Shown here one piece after another: positions 20,578 to 30,426 of a stretch of 64,000 nt of DNA (within the stretch, counting starts at the first letter, position 1; the number at the start of each line of letters is the position of its first letter). A program made the translations under genes and the position numbers. The stretch comes from an uncultured Verrucomicrobiae bacterium. GTDB lineage: Bacteria; Verrucomicrobiota; Verrucomicrobiia; Chthoniobacterales; UBA10450. The notes under the pieces are model-generated. The model was given only the letters and a program-made list of their open reading frames with translations. It was not told the origin of the DNA and made no database searches. The DNA is taken from assembly GCA_963834385.1 (NCBI GenBank), contig CAWIBO010000002.1, positions 800,001 to 864,000 on the forward strand, given 5' to 3'.

Positions 20578-22392
20578 TTACCCGCTGGCCCCGTTCCGAC
20601 CCGGTCCCGCCGATTTCCCGAGGACGACGTCGGCCGTGGCCAGCAGCGCCTCGTCGTCGTTCTCGCCCAGCCCGGCGAGCATTGTCCGGATCCGGCGGAA
20701 AGAACGGCGCAGGAAAAGATCGGCCACCTGGCCATCGCGCGGCGCGCTTCCCCCATTCCGGTGCGCGGCTTTCAGCTCGGCGTCGCGCCGGCTCAGCACG
20801 CAGGCCGAGGCAAACATCTCCATGGCCGCGCCGGCAATGCGTTCCTGCAGCAGCTGCATGTCGAGGATCGGCTCCCGGTAGGTGATCAGGGCCTTGTTCA
20901 CCGCGAGGTTGAAACGCCAGATCAGGCGGCCAAGCTGGCCGGCCTGGCCGCGCAGTTCTTCGCTTTCCACCGGCACGCCCGGGATCCTGACCGAGGAAAG
21001 ACGGGCCATCCCCGCCTGCCACGCTTTTCCGATACCGCCGCCGCGCGTGGGCGACATCATGGTGTCGTAGATCTCCTTGAATTCCATGCCCGGTCCGCGC
21101 ATCCCGACCAGCGCGATAAACGAGGTCAGGACTTCGTTGCTCCCCTCGCCGATCTGGTTGATCCGGGCGTCGCGGAGCATGCGCCCAAGCGGCGAATCGT
21201 CGAAGTAAGCCGAGCCGCCATGAATCTGGAAAGTGTCGTTGACCGCATCCCAGAGGCGCTCGGTCGTGAAGACCTTCAACATCGCCGTCTCGATCATGTA
21301 ATCCTCCAGGCCGCGGTCGATGAGCGACGCCGTCACCGAGGTCATCGCCTCCATCGCGTAAAGATCAGCGGCCATTCGCCCGATCTTCTGTTTCACGAGG
21401 TCGAAATCGCCGAGGGTTTTATTGAACTGCCGGCGCTGGTTGGCGTGTTCCACCGCGAGACGGAGGCAGGTGCGCGCCGCGCCGGTGCAACAGGCGCCGA
21501 ACGTGGTCCGCCCGAAATCGAGCACGGTCAGGGCCACCCGCAGGCCTTTGCCGATCGGGCCGAGCACATTTTCCTTCGGCACCCTGACGTTGCGCAGGGC
21601 AAAACGTCCGGTGGCGGTGCCGCGAATGCCGAGCTTCGGCATGCGCGGCTCCAGCATGGTGAACCCCGGCATGTCGGGCGTGACCAGGAAGGCCGTGATC
21701 GCGGTTTTGCCCGGCTTGTCCGGCACAGGCGTGCGCGCCATGACGGTCAGGACCTGCGCGATGGAGGCGTTGGTGATGTAACGCTTTTCACCGTTCAGAA
21801 CATAATGACTGCCATCCTCGCTCGGGACCGCCTGCGTCTGGACATTGGCCGCATCGGAGCCCGCCTGTTCCTCGGTCAGGGCAAAGGCGGCGAGCTTTTC
21901 GCCCGAGACGAGCGGCGGGAGCCAGCGCGCCTTCTGGTCACGCGTCCCAAAAAGAAGCAAGGCGCGGATGCCGATGGAATGGTGCGCGTTGGTGAACACG
22001 GAGGTGGAGGCGCAGCGGGCCCCGATCTCCTCCAGGACCCGGCAATAGGCCATCTGCGAGAATCCGCGGCCGCCGAACTCTTTCGGCGCGGTCATCCCGA
22101 GCACACCGGTCCGGGCCAGGCCCTCCACCACGTGCGGCGGAATGTCCGCCGTCCGGTCGATCTCCACCGGGTCGAGCTCGGCCTCGAGAAAGGCGGTCAC
22201 TTCCTTCAAGGCCTGGTCCAGCTCCGTTTGCTGGGCCGCAGGCAGGCGCGGATACGGCATGGTCCAGTCGGCGATGAATTTTCCGAGAAAAAGGCCCTTC
22301 GCGAAACCGAGTTCCTGGCGCCCGGCGAAGAGAAGTTCCTCCGCCTGCTGCATCTCTTTCTCGCGCTGAATTTCCGCCTCGGTTTTTGCCAT
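20578..22392 (-). CDS. Acyl-CoA dehydrogenase (VLCAD/ACAD9-like, extended C-terminus)
   Basis: AFALTEEQAGSD, LNGEKRYITN, KLGIRG, FQIHGG, RINQIGEGSNE. Confidence 0.92.
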   Translation of the reverse strand: MAKTEAEIQREKEMQQAEELLFAGRQELGFAKGLFLGKFIADWTMPYPRLPAAQQTELDQALKEVTAFLEAELDPVEIDRTADIPPHVVEGLARTGVLGMTAPKEFGGRGFSQMAYCRVLEEIGARCASTSVFTNAHHSIGIRALLLFGTRDQKARWLPPLVSGEKLAAFALTEEQAGSDAANVQTQAVPSEDGSHYVLNGEKRYITNASIAQVLTVMARTPVPDKPGKTAITAFLVTPDMPGFTMLEPRMPKLGIRGTATGRFALRNVRVPKENVLGPIGKGLRVALTVLDFGRTTFGACCTGAARTCLRLAVEHANQRRQFNKTLGDFDLVKQKIGRMAADLYAMEAMTSVTASLIDRGLEDYMIETAMLKVFTTERLWDAVNDTFQIHGGSAYFDDSPLGRMLRDARINQIGEGSNEVLTSFIALVGMRGPGMEFKEIYDTMMSPTRGGGIGKAWQAGMARLSSVRIPGVPVESEELRGQAGQLGRLIWRFNLAVNKALITYREPILDMQLLQERIAGAAMEMFASACVLSRRDAELKAAHRNGGSAPRDGQVADLFLRRSFRRIRTMLAGLGENDDEALLATADVVLGKSAGPGRNGASG

Positions 22393-22514
22393 AAGTAAAA
22401 AATGTGACCCCGCCGTCGGCGGTGGGGAACCTTAGTCAGCACGGCTGGCCTGTCCACCGGGGCCGCGTTTTCGGGGATGACCGCGCGGCATTGCCGACTA
22501 CCTTGTTCCCCCTC

Positions 22515-24293
22515 ATGAGAACCCTTCTGCTTGCCCTCTCCCTTTCCTTTTTTCTTGGCCACGTCGTGCGCGGGGAAGCGGACCCGGCGGCGACCAAGGC
22601 GTTGCACGCCTTCCTCGAGGCGGAATGGGAATATGCGCTGGAACAAAATCCGACCTTTGCCTCGTCCCTCGGTGACCGGCGCTGGAACGATCGCTGGAAC
22701 GACGTCAGCCTCGAAGCGGTCCAAAAACGCCAGGAGCACACGCGCGCGGCGTTGGAGCGGCTGCAGGGGATTGACCGGGCCAAACTCAGCCCGGCGGACC
22801 AGCTTAACCACGATCTCTATCGCAAGGAGCTGGAATACGACATTGCCGGGTTTCGTTTTCGCCAGGAACTGCTCCCGATCGCCCAGCAGGGCGGCGTGCA
22901 GACCGCCGACGAACTGCGGGAACAGCTCCGGTTCCAGACAGTGAAAGATTACGAGGACTGGCTTGCGAGGTTGCGGGCCCTTCCCACCCTGGTCGACCAG
23001 ACCATCGCGCTTCTGCAGGAGGGAGTGAAGGAGAAGATCGTCTGGCCCCGCGTAGTTCTGGCGCGCGTCCCGGCACAGATAGACAAGCAGATCGTCGAGA
23101 ACCCGGAGACCAGTCCGTTCTTCATCCCTTTCCGCAAGTTCCCCGACGAGATCAGCGAGGCCGACCGGAAACGCCTTGCCGGGGCCGGGCGCGAAGCGAT
23201 CGCGCAGCGGATCGTCCCCGCGATGAAGAAGCTGAAGACCTATTTTACGGAGGAGTATTTGCCGGCCGCGCCGGAGAAAGCCGGCATCTGGCAATGGCCG
23301 GCCGGCGGGGATCTTTATTCCTATCTCGCCGCCCGGTTTACCACCACGAACCTGACCCCGGAGGAGATTCATCAGCGCGGCCTGACCGAGGTGGCCCGCA
23401 TCCGCGCCGGGATGGAGAAAATCAAGGAGCAGGTCGGGTTCAAGGGGACGCTGGCGGAATTTTTCACCAAGCTCCGCACCGATCCGCAGTTCTTTTGCAA
23501 AACGCCGGAGGAACTCCTCGAAACCTACCGGGCGGTTTCCAAGCGAATCGACCCCGAGCTGGTGAAATGTTTCAAGACCATGCCGCGCATGCCTTACGGG
23601 GTGACCCCGATCCCGGCCAACATCGCGCCCGACACCACCACGGCCTATTACAACCAGCCAGCGGCGGACGGCTCACGGGCCGGCCAATATTACGTCAATC
23701 TCTACAAACCGGAGACGCGACCCAAGTGGGAGATGATGGCGCTTTCGCTCCACGAGGCCGTGCCCGGCCATCATTTCCAGATCGCGCTCGCTCAGGAACT
23801 TGGGGAAATCCCGAAGTTTCGCCGCTACGGCTACGGTTACACCGCCTACGTGGAAGGCTGGGGTCTCTACGCGGAATCGCTCGGCGAAGAGATGGGACTC
23901 TACGAGGATCCCTACGACAAGTTCGGGCAGCTCACCTACGAAATGTGGCGGGCGGTCCGCCTCGTGGTCGACACCGGCCTGCACGAGATGAAATGGGATC
24001 GCCAGCGCGCCATCGATTATTTCAAGGAGAACGCGGCCAAGGCGGAGAACGACATCGTCAACGAGATCGACCGTTACATCACCAACCCGGGCCAGGCGCT
24101 GGCCTACAAAATCGGCGAGATGAAGATCAAGGAACTGCGCGCGCGCGCGACCGGCACGCTCGGCGACCGCTTTGACCTCCGCGAATTCCACGACGTCGTC
24201 CTTCTCTCGGGCGCGGTCCCGCTCGACGTCCTCGAGGGCCGGGTGAACGACTGGGTCGGTTCGGTCAAAACCGGCGCGACGGTTCCTCGCTGA
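22515..24293 (+). CDS. Exported DUF885-family protein (putative metallopeptidase)
   Basis: LHEAVPGHHFQ, YVEGWGLYAE, RAVRLVVDTGLH, PGQALAYKIG. Confidence 0.9.
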   Translation: MRTLLLALSLSFFLGHVVRGEADPAATKALHAFLEAEWEYALEQNPTFASSLGDRRWNDRWNDVSLEAVQKRQEHTRAALERLQGIDRAKLSPADQLNHDLYRKELEYDIAGFRFRQELLPIAQQGGVQTADELREQLRFQTVKDYEDWLARLRALPTLVDQTIALLQEGVKEKIVWPRVVLARVPAQIDKQIVENPETSPFFIPFRKFPDEISEADRKRLAGAGREAIAQRIVPAMKKLKTYFTEEYLPAAPEKAGIWQWPAGGDLYSYLAARFTTTNLTPEEIHQRGLTEVARIRAGMEKIKEQVGFKGTLAEFFTKLRTDPQFFCKTPEELLETYRAVSKRIDPELVKCFKTMPRMPYGVTPIPANIAPDTTTAYYNQPAADGSRAGQYYVNLYKPETRPKWEMMALSLHEAVPGHHFQIALAQELGEIPKFRRYGYGYTAYVEGWGLYAESLGEEMGLYEDPYDKFGQLTYEMWRAVRLVVDTGLHEMKWDRQRAIDYFKENAAKAENDIVNEIDRYITNPGQALAYKIGEMKIKELRARATGTLGDRFDLREFHDVVLLSGAVPLDVLEGRVNDWVGSVKTGATVPR

Positions 24294-24462
24294 GACGGTC
24301 CGGCGGCAGGGAGGGCACCGCCACTGTCTTCGGGCGAAACACCCCGGATCCGCTGAGGACAACGGACGCTACCGTGCGCCCACGCTCCGCCACCGTTGTC
24401 CGCTCTTCCACGCTGTAGCGTGCGCCGTCCCCGGCGCATCCCCCACCCGATTGACGTTGAAC

Positions 24463-27400
24463 TTAGCTGCAACCCTGGCTGGTCCCGCACTCGGTGCAGA
24501 CCCCGCAGGCGCCGGCCCGGATCACCTTGTCGCTCCCGCAATGCGAGCAGGCCACGTCCATGAACATGTTGCCCAGCGCTTCCTTCACCCGGTCGGCATA
24601 CGTCTCGAGATGTCCGTTGCTCGGTTTCCCCTCGTTCGGGGCGTGGTTCATGACCACGTCGAGCACCTCTTTCTCGGCGGTCCGGGAAAGATCGGCCACC
24701 GGACGATTGAGCGCCTTCTTCTCCATCTCGGGAATTTCCTTCATCGGCAGCTCGCTCTGGCCGCGGTGCGGCGAGGTCGCCTCCTTGTAGCCCTTGATGA
24801 ACTGGCAGCCGAGCCAGCGGAAAACGTAATCGGTGATGCTGGTCGCGTTCCGGATATCGGGGTTCTTGGTGAACCCGCTCGGCTCAAACCGCTGGTAGGC
24901 GAATTTCTTCACCATGCTCTCCAGCGGCACGCCGTATTGGAGCGAGAGCGAGGTCAGGGTCGCGACGGTGTCCATCAGGCCCCCAATCGTGCTGCCTTCC
25001 TTGGCCATCTGGATGAAAAGCTCGCCCGGCTGGCCATCCTCGTAGAGGCCCACCGTGATATAGCCTTCGTGCCCGGCAATCTCGAACTTGTGCGTCAACG
25101 ACATGCGCGTGTCCGGCATGCGATGCCGCACCGGTCGCCCGCGCAGCGCGGCGATCTCTTCCTCCAGCTCGAGGATGCGCTGGTCGAGCATCTCCCGGCT
25201 GACCCCGGCGTCGAGGGCCGGGTCGCCGGCGGTTCCGCCCATGTCGCGCGTTTTCTTCACGTTCAGCGGGGCCGAGCGCTTGGAGTTGTCGCGGTAAATG
25301 GCAATCGCCTTCAGCCCGAGTTTCCATCCCTCGATGTAGGTGTGCATGATCTCGTCCACGCTCGCGGCTTCCGGCATGTTGACCGTCTTGGAGATGGCGC
25401 CGCTCAGGAACGGCTGGGCCGCCGCCATCATTCGCAGGTGCCCCATGTAACCGAGGCTGCGTTTGCCGTTGGCCGGCTTGAAAGCGCAGTCGAAAATCGG
25501 CAGGTGCTCGTTCCTTAACCCGGAGGAAATGGTGGAACCGTCGGTGTCGAGCACGTCCTCGATCGTGTCGAAAGCGTCGATGTGGGCGATGATTCCTTCC
25601 ACCTCCTCGGAATTGTAGCCCAGCTTCTCCAGCGCCGGCTTGACCGTCTGGTTCACGATCTTGAGCATGCCGCCCCCGGCCAGGAGCTTGTATTTCACCA
25701 GGGCGATGTCGGGCTCGATGCCGGTGGTGTCGCAGTCCATCAGGAAACTGATCGTGCCGGTGGGGGCGAGCACGGTGACCTGCGCGTTCCGGTAGCCGTG
25801 CCGTTTCCCGAGCGCGGCCGCCCGGTCCCAACTGGCAATGGCTTCCTCTTTCAGGAAGGCGAACTCCTCGCTCGCGCCGATCTCCGCCGTGGCCGCGCGA
25901 TGCAGCTCGATCACTTCCTGCATGGCGGCGACGTTGTCCTTCGCTTCCGGCTTGTCCACCCCGCTGCAGCGCGCGTCCCGGTAGCCGGCAAACGGTCCCA
26001 TGGCCCGGGCCAGGGCCGCACTCTGGTGGTAGGATTCGCCCGTCATGATCGCGGTGATGGCGCCGCAGAGGGCGCGCGCCTCGTCGGAATCGTAACCGTA
26101 GCCGTAGCTCATGATGAGCGAGCCGAGGTTGGCGTAGCCGAGCCCGAGCGTCCGGAAAATGTGCGAGTTCTCCGCGATCTCCTTGATCGGGTAACTGGCG
26201 TTGTCGACCAGGATCTCCTGCGCGGTGATGTAGATGCGCACCGCGGCCTTGAACCGTTCCGCGTCGAAGTGGCCCTCGGCATCCTTGAACTTCATCAGGT
26301 TAAGCGAGGCCAGGTTGCAGGCGGTGTTATCGAGAAAAAGATACTCGCTGCAGGGATTGGTCGAGTTCTGCCGGGCCGTGCCCTTGCAGGTGTGCCATTT
26401 GTGGATGGTGCTGTCGAACTGCATCCCGGGATCGCCGCAGACATGCGTCCCTTCCGCGATCTTGCGCAGGAGCGTCCGCGCGTCCTTGGTCTCGCACAGT
26501 TTTCCGTCGATCACCCGGCGGGTCTGCCATTCGCGCCCTTCCACGGCCGCTTCCATGAAATCGTCGCTCACGCGCAGGCTCAAATTCTCGTTCTGGTACA
26601 TGACCGAGCCGTAGGCGTCGCCATTGTAACTGCCGTCATAGCCCTGCTCGATCAGCGCCCAGGCCTTGCGCTCTTCCCGCTGTTTTGCCTCGATGAATTC
26701 CTCAACGTCGGGGTGCCAGTCCTTCAGGGTGTTCATCTTCGCGGCGCGCCGGGTTTTCCCGCCGCTTTTCACCACGTTCGCGACCTGGTCGTAGACCTTG
26801 AGAAAGGAAAGGGGGCCGCTCGGCTTGCCGCCGCCGCTCAGTTTTTCCCGGGTGCTGCGCAGGGTGGACAGATCGCTCCCGGTGCCGCTGCCGTATTTGA
26901 AGAGCATCGCCTCGCTCATGGCCAGGCGCATGATGTCTTCCATGGTGTCCTGGACCGACTGGATGAAGCAGGCGCTTCCCTGCGGATATTCGTACTGGCT
27001 CGCGGCGCGCTCGGCCTGGCCGGTGGACCGGTTGTAATAGTAGTTCCCGGCGCCGGCGTCGCGGCCGATCCCGTATTGGTGGTAAAGGCCGACGTTGAAC
27101 CAGACAGGCGAATTAAAGGCGCCATGCTGGTTCAGGCAGAGCCAGGTCAGCTCGTCGTAGAAGGTCTCCGCCGTCTCGCTGTCGGCAAAATAACCGTCAG
27201 CTATGCCCCAATCGGTGATGGTGCGGGTGACCCGGTGGATCAGTTGCCGGACGGAGGTTTCCCGGCCGCCTTTGTGCGGGTCGGTCCCGTTGGCGATGTC
27301 GCCGTAGAAATACTTGGAAACGGCGATTTTGGTCGCGAGCGGGCTCCAGCTCTTGGGCACCTCGATCTTTTCCTGCTTGAAGATCACTTTCCCGCTGTCG

Positions 27401-27597
27401 TCCGTGATCTCGGCCGTGCGCTCCTCCCAGTCCACCTGGTCGAACGGCGCCACGTTCCCCGAGGAGAACACCCGCTTGAAACGGAGCCCGCTACTTTTCT
27501 TCTTCGACTGGCGCGAACTGGTCGTTTTGCTCCGCGCGCTTTTCTTGGTCGACTTGGTCAGGGTGGAAGGTTGGAGACCGGCTTTAAGTTGGATCAT
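24463..27597 (-). CDS. nrdJ: Class II (B12-dependent) ribonucleotide reductase with C-terminal TSCPD and Zn-ribbon region
   Basis: FNSPVWFN, SACFI, TNPCSEY, APTGTISF, GAISKTVN, C-terminal CxxC...CxxC..GCS. Confidence 0.96.
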   Translation of the reverse strand: MIQLKAGLQPSTLTKSTKKSARSKTTSSRQSKKKSSGLRFKRVFSSGNVAPFDQVDWEERTAEITDDSGKVIFKQEKIEVPKSWSPLATKIAVSKYFYGDIANGTDPHKGGRETSVRQLIHRVTRTITDWGIADGYFADSETAETFYDELTWLCLNQHGAFNSPVWFNVGLYHQYGIGRDAGAGNYYYNRSTGQAERAASQYEYPQGSACFIQSVQDTMEDIMRLAMSEAMLFKYGSGTGSDLSTLRSTREKLSGGGKPSGPLSFLKVYDQVANVVKSGGKTRRAAKMNTLKDWHPDVEEFIEAKQREERKAWALIEQGYDGSYNGDAYGSVMYQNENLSLRVSDDFMEAAVEGREWQTRRVIDGKLCETKDARTLLRKIAEGTHVCGDPGMQFDSTIHKWHTCKGTARQNSTNPCSEYLFLDNTACNLASLNLMKFKDAEGHFDAERFKAAVRIYITAQEILVDNASYPIKEIAENSHIFRTLGLGYANLGSLIMSYGYGYDSDEARALCGAITAIMTGESYHQSAALARAMGPFAGYRDARCSGVDKPEAKDNVAAMQEVIELHRAATAEIGASEEFAFLKEEAIASWDRAAALGKRHGYRNAQVTVLAPTGTISFLMDCDTTGIEPDIALVKYKLLAGGGMLKIVNQTVKPALEKLGYNSEEVEGIIAHIDAFDTIEDVLDTDGSTISSGLRNEHLPIFDCAFKPANGKRSLGYMGHLRMMAAAQPFLSGAISKTVNMPEAASVDEIMHTYIEGWKLGLKAIAIYRDNSKRSAPLNVKKTRDMGGTAGDPALDAGVSREMLDQRILELEEEIAALRGRPVRHRMPDTRMSLTHKFEIAGHEGYITVGLYEDGQPGELFIQMAKEGSTIGGLMDTVATLTSLSLQYGVPLESMVKKFAYQRFEPSGFTKNPDIRNATSITDYVFRWLGCQFIKGYKEATSPHRGQSELPMKEIPEMEKKALNRPVADLSRTAEKEVLDVVMNHAPNEGKPSNGHLETYADRVKEALGNMFMDVACSHCGSDKVIRAGACGVCTECGTSQGCS

Positions 27598-27618
27598 GGG
27601 TGTCGGGAGGGCTGAAAA

Positions 27619-27671
27619 TGTGGATAACTGCCTGGGATCTGCGCACAACCCCGCCAACAACCTGTGGACAA
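27619..27671 (-). promoter_or_regulatory. DnaA boxes upstream of nrdJ
   Basis: Perfect TTATCCACA at 27619-27627 and 1-mismatch TTGTCCACA at 27663-27671, both on the minus strand. Confidence 0.65.
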
Positions 27672-27678
27672 CGTCCAA

Positions 27679-27725
27679 CAACAAGCTATTGGGGAGCCAT
27701 CCGCCGGACGCACAAGATGCAGCAG
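27679..27725. promoter_or_regulatory. Tandem NrdR boxes
   Basis: caaCAAgcTaTTGggg (27679-27694) and gcaCAAgATgcAGcag (27710-27725), starts 31 bp apart. Confidence 0.7.
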
Positions 27726-28109
27726 TGGCGGCCCGGGCGGCAAGCCAGAAATTGTTACATTTTTTCCAGAATCGTTGCGAAAAAATGGCGGTTTTTAGAA
27801 ACGGCTGCCCAGGGGCTGATCCGGCCGCGGCAGGAGCTGCGCGGCGAACTCTGTAGGCCGTTCAGGATTAGTCACATGGGAGTTCACGGGTTCTCTCTTG
27901 CGTCTCGCTCCCGGCGCCTTTTTCCCGACTTTCCCGCCCCTGCCGTTGCCCTTGGCCGTTCCTGGCCCGCCCCTTTTCTGAATCTGCACGGAGCCTCCGG
28001 CCAAGACTTCAGCGTCGTACTGCTGCGGTCGTCAGGCAGCCGCATCTCGCCGCTCTCGCGGCGGTTGATTTCCGGGCGTCTTGTTGGATGGTCCTCCTCC
28101 GGCAAACCA

Positions 28110-28198
28110 GGAAGGGTGGCTGAGTCCGGTTTAAGGCACTCGACTCGAAATCGAGCGTGGGGTTAAACTCACCGTGGGTTCGAATCCCACCCCTTCCG
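28110..28198 (+). tRNA. tRNA-Ser(CGA)
   Basis: GGAAGGG/CCCTTCC acceptor stem, CTCGA-CT CGA AA-TCGAG anticodon arm, long variable arm, GGTTCGAATCC T-arm; CCA not fully encoded. Confidence 0.97.
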
Positions 28199-28257
28199 CC
28201 GGGGAATTCTCGATTGGCGATTCGATCGCACCGGCCTCCTTCTTCTCCACCGGTTTC

Positions 28258-28376
28258 CTCTGCGTCCTCAGCGTCCTCTGCGTCTCCGCGGTGAAATGCC
28301 TGGCGTGGCTTGCTCCCAGGCTCGACAGAGTCTCGCCCTACCTTCTCTGTGCCCTCTGTGATCTCTGTGGTGAACG
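28258..28376. repeat. Composite repeat: CTCTGYG-like short repeats flanking a third copy of the GTAG REP-like unit
   Basis: 28311-28342 matches the reverse complement of 20350-20381 with 1 mismatch. Confidence 0.85.
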
Positions 28377-28389
28377 CAGGGCTTGCCTT

Positions 28390-28405
28390 TGGCACTGCTG
28401 ATGCT
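28390..28405 (+). promoter_or_regulatory. Candidate sigma54 promoter
   Basis: TGGCACTGCTGATGCT = GG-N10-GC, 15 nt before the ATG at 28421. Confidence 0.65.
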
Positions 28406-28420
28406 CATGGTTGCTCCTCG

Positions 28421-29116
28421 ATGATTCAGGCGAATTGTCGGGCGCGGTTTACCGCGGAGGATTTCGATTTTGTCGTGCGCGCCCTCGCGCGTTCCCGGTC
28501 GGACCGGGTTTCCCTAGTTGACCTGCTGGGCGACGGCGAAACCCGCGACCAGATCCTGGATCATCCCCGCCTGGTCGAGGCGATTCTTTCCGGCCCGAGT
28601 CATCTCGCCATCTCCTCCCAATTTTACTTTTACGTCCTGGCCCGGCACGTCCTGCAAAAGGTCGGAGTGCGCGACCGCAAACTTTGCGATTACATCGCTT
28701 CCCTGCTCGAGACTTTCTCGCGGGTGAACAAACTGCGGGTGCCGCTCATCGCCGACGAACGCGGCCGGCAGTACATCTCCGACCTGCTCATTGCCCTCAG
28801 CCAGGCCACCCCGGAGCAGGCCTTTCTCATCCGGGTGCACGTGGGCAACTACGCCCTTTTTGTCACCGGCATTTTTCACGAGAACACCGAATGCCGGAGT
28901 CGAAGGGGCGCGCCTGACCTGAAATTCTACGAGGAGATCGGGCGGACGAACTACGGCCTGGTGGCCTCGCACGCGACCGCGCGCCGGTGTGAGCTGAACG
29001 ATGTTTACGAGGAGCTGGCGGCGCGGTTTCGCGAGGTCCGCCTGGCCCTGAACCGGCTCTCGGAGGAACTGCTCAACCTGGACGGTGATTTCATCCCGCG
29101 GCTCACGGGCCCATGA
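28421..29116 (+). CDS. Conserved-type hypothetical protein
   Basis: Good ORF with VGNYALFVTGIF and FYEEIGRTNY segments; overlaps the next gene by ATGA. Confidence 0.8.
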   Translation: MIQANCRARFTAEDFDFVVRALARSRSDRVSLVDLLGDGETRDQILDHPRLVEAILSGPSHLAISSQFYFYVLARHVLQKVGVRDRKLCDYIASLLETFSRVNKLRVPLIADERGRQYISDLLIALSQATPEQAFLIRVHVGNYALFVTGIFHENTECRSRRGAPDLKFYEEIGRTNYGLVASHATARRCELNDVYEELAARFREVRLALNRLSEELLNLDGDFIPRLTGP

Positions 29117-29844
29117 ACAACGAAACACTTTTTTCCCAGATCCAGCGGCTTTTCGAGCGCACCTATGTGCAGGTCGGGATCAACCTCGAGGATTGCCTGA
29201 TCGACCAGGCCCGCTGCCGGCAGCTGACCCGGGCCGCGGGCGCCTCGGCCCGGGAGTTGAGCGAGCTGGCCCGGACTTTCCTGCGTCGGGCAGACGACCA
29301 GCTTTACGTCGGCATCTACTATTCGCGCTGGCTGATCGAGCAGCTCGAGCGGCACGATCCGCGGCTGGGCCTGAGCGACCGGAACATTCGTTCGCTCATC
29401 ATGTTCGTGGAGGAGATCAACCATGCCCTGCACGCGGCGATCGAGTTCAAGAACGGGCGGCGCGAGATCGCCGGCGAGGATTTTGCGCGCAACCTCGAGC
29501 TGCAGGCGCGGGTCGACACTTATCTCGTCCTGCTTCTTTTCGTCGCTTTCTTCCGGAAAACCCAGCGGGTTTCCCGGGCCGATCGCCGCTGGCTGCGGTT
29601 TCATCTTTTCACCGCGCAAACGCCCAATGCCTACTGCGATGAAACGCTCCGGGGGCGTTACCTCGAGACCACCCGGCTCGCCTCAAGTTACACCCGTTAC
29701 CTCGACACCATCAACGGCCTGCGCCGCCTCGAGGAGATCCGGCGTTTTCGTTCACTCGATTACGCCGCGAAAAAAGAGCGCGTCCTTGCCCTCATGGATG
29801 CGCCCCCGGCTCCCGGTGAAGCGGCCCCGCCGCCCGCTCCCTGA
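29113..29844 (+). CDS. Hypothetical protein with zincin-like EExNH...ELQ motif
   Basis: FVEEINHALH...NLELQARVDTY; translationally coupled to the upstream gene. Confidence 0.8.
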   Translation: MNNETLFSQIQRLFERTYVQVGINLEDCLIDQARCRQLTRAAGASARELSELARTFLRRADDQLYVGIYYSRWLIEQLERHDPRLGLSDRNIRSLIMFVEEINHALHAAIEFKNGRREIAGEDFARNLELQARVDTYLVLLLFVAFFRKTQRVSRADRRWLRFHLFTAQTPNAYCDETLRGRYLETTRLASSYTRYLDTINGLRRLEEIRRFRSLDYAAKKERVLALMDAPPAPGEAAPPPAP

Positions 29845-29846
29845 CC

Positions 29847-30317
29847 TCAGGGCGCTTTCTTCGGCGCTTCCTCTTTCTTGGCGCCACCGGTAATGGCCGA
29901 CTCGAGTTCCGGGAGATTGGCCTGGACGCGGCTCTGACCCAGTTGCGCCCCCTTGGTCATGAGCACCGGCATTTTCTCGACCATCTTCCGGCCGGTCGGC
30001 GTCTGGTAAAACTTGTTCATCTCGTTCAGTTCCGCCTCCGTGAACTCAGCCGTGTAGAGGTTGATCACGTCGTTCTTCAGTGCGGCCCAGCCCATGTGCT
30101 TGGTCAGGAAGGCCCGGATCTTTTCCTGGTGCGGAGCGAGCTGCGGATTGGATTGCACCTGCAGCGCCAGCATCTGGTCGATCGATTGGGTCAACATCTT
30201 CTCCATGTCGAGTGTGACGAGGAACACCTCGGCGGCCTTGCGCTGGCTGGCGTCGTCAGCGCGCGCGGGCAAAACAAAAAGACAAAGGGCAAGGAGAAGG
30301 AGAACCGGATTTTTCAT
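29847..30317 (-). CDS. Exported DUF2059-family protein
   Basis: Signal peptide; YTAEFTEAELNEMNKFYQTPTGRK. Confidence 0.85.
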   Translation of the reverse strand: MKNPVLLLLALCLFVLPARADDASQRKAAEVFLVTLDMEKMLTQSIDQMLALQVQSNPQLAPHQEKIRAFLTKHMGWAALKNDVINLYTAEFTEAELNEMNKFYQTPTGRKMVEKMPVLMTKGAQLGQSRVQANLPELESAITGGAKKEEAPKKAP

Positions 30318-30426
30318 GGGCGGATGCTGCGTGCTCCCGGGGCCGGCGGCAAGCTATTCTTCCGCGGAATTGCTGCCCGGGCCGTTTCCGTTTGTGCCGG
30401 GCGCGGCCTTCGTTTAAAACAGGGCG

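Noticed and set aside
24463..27597. Intein in NrdJ
   Set aside because: Motifs are continuous, length is normal for this subclass, and no intein terminal motifs were seen.
27600..28100. Cobalamin riboswitch upstream of nrdJ
   Set aside because: Only an isolated GCCACTG on the minus strand; the other conserved B12-element blocks were not found.
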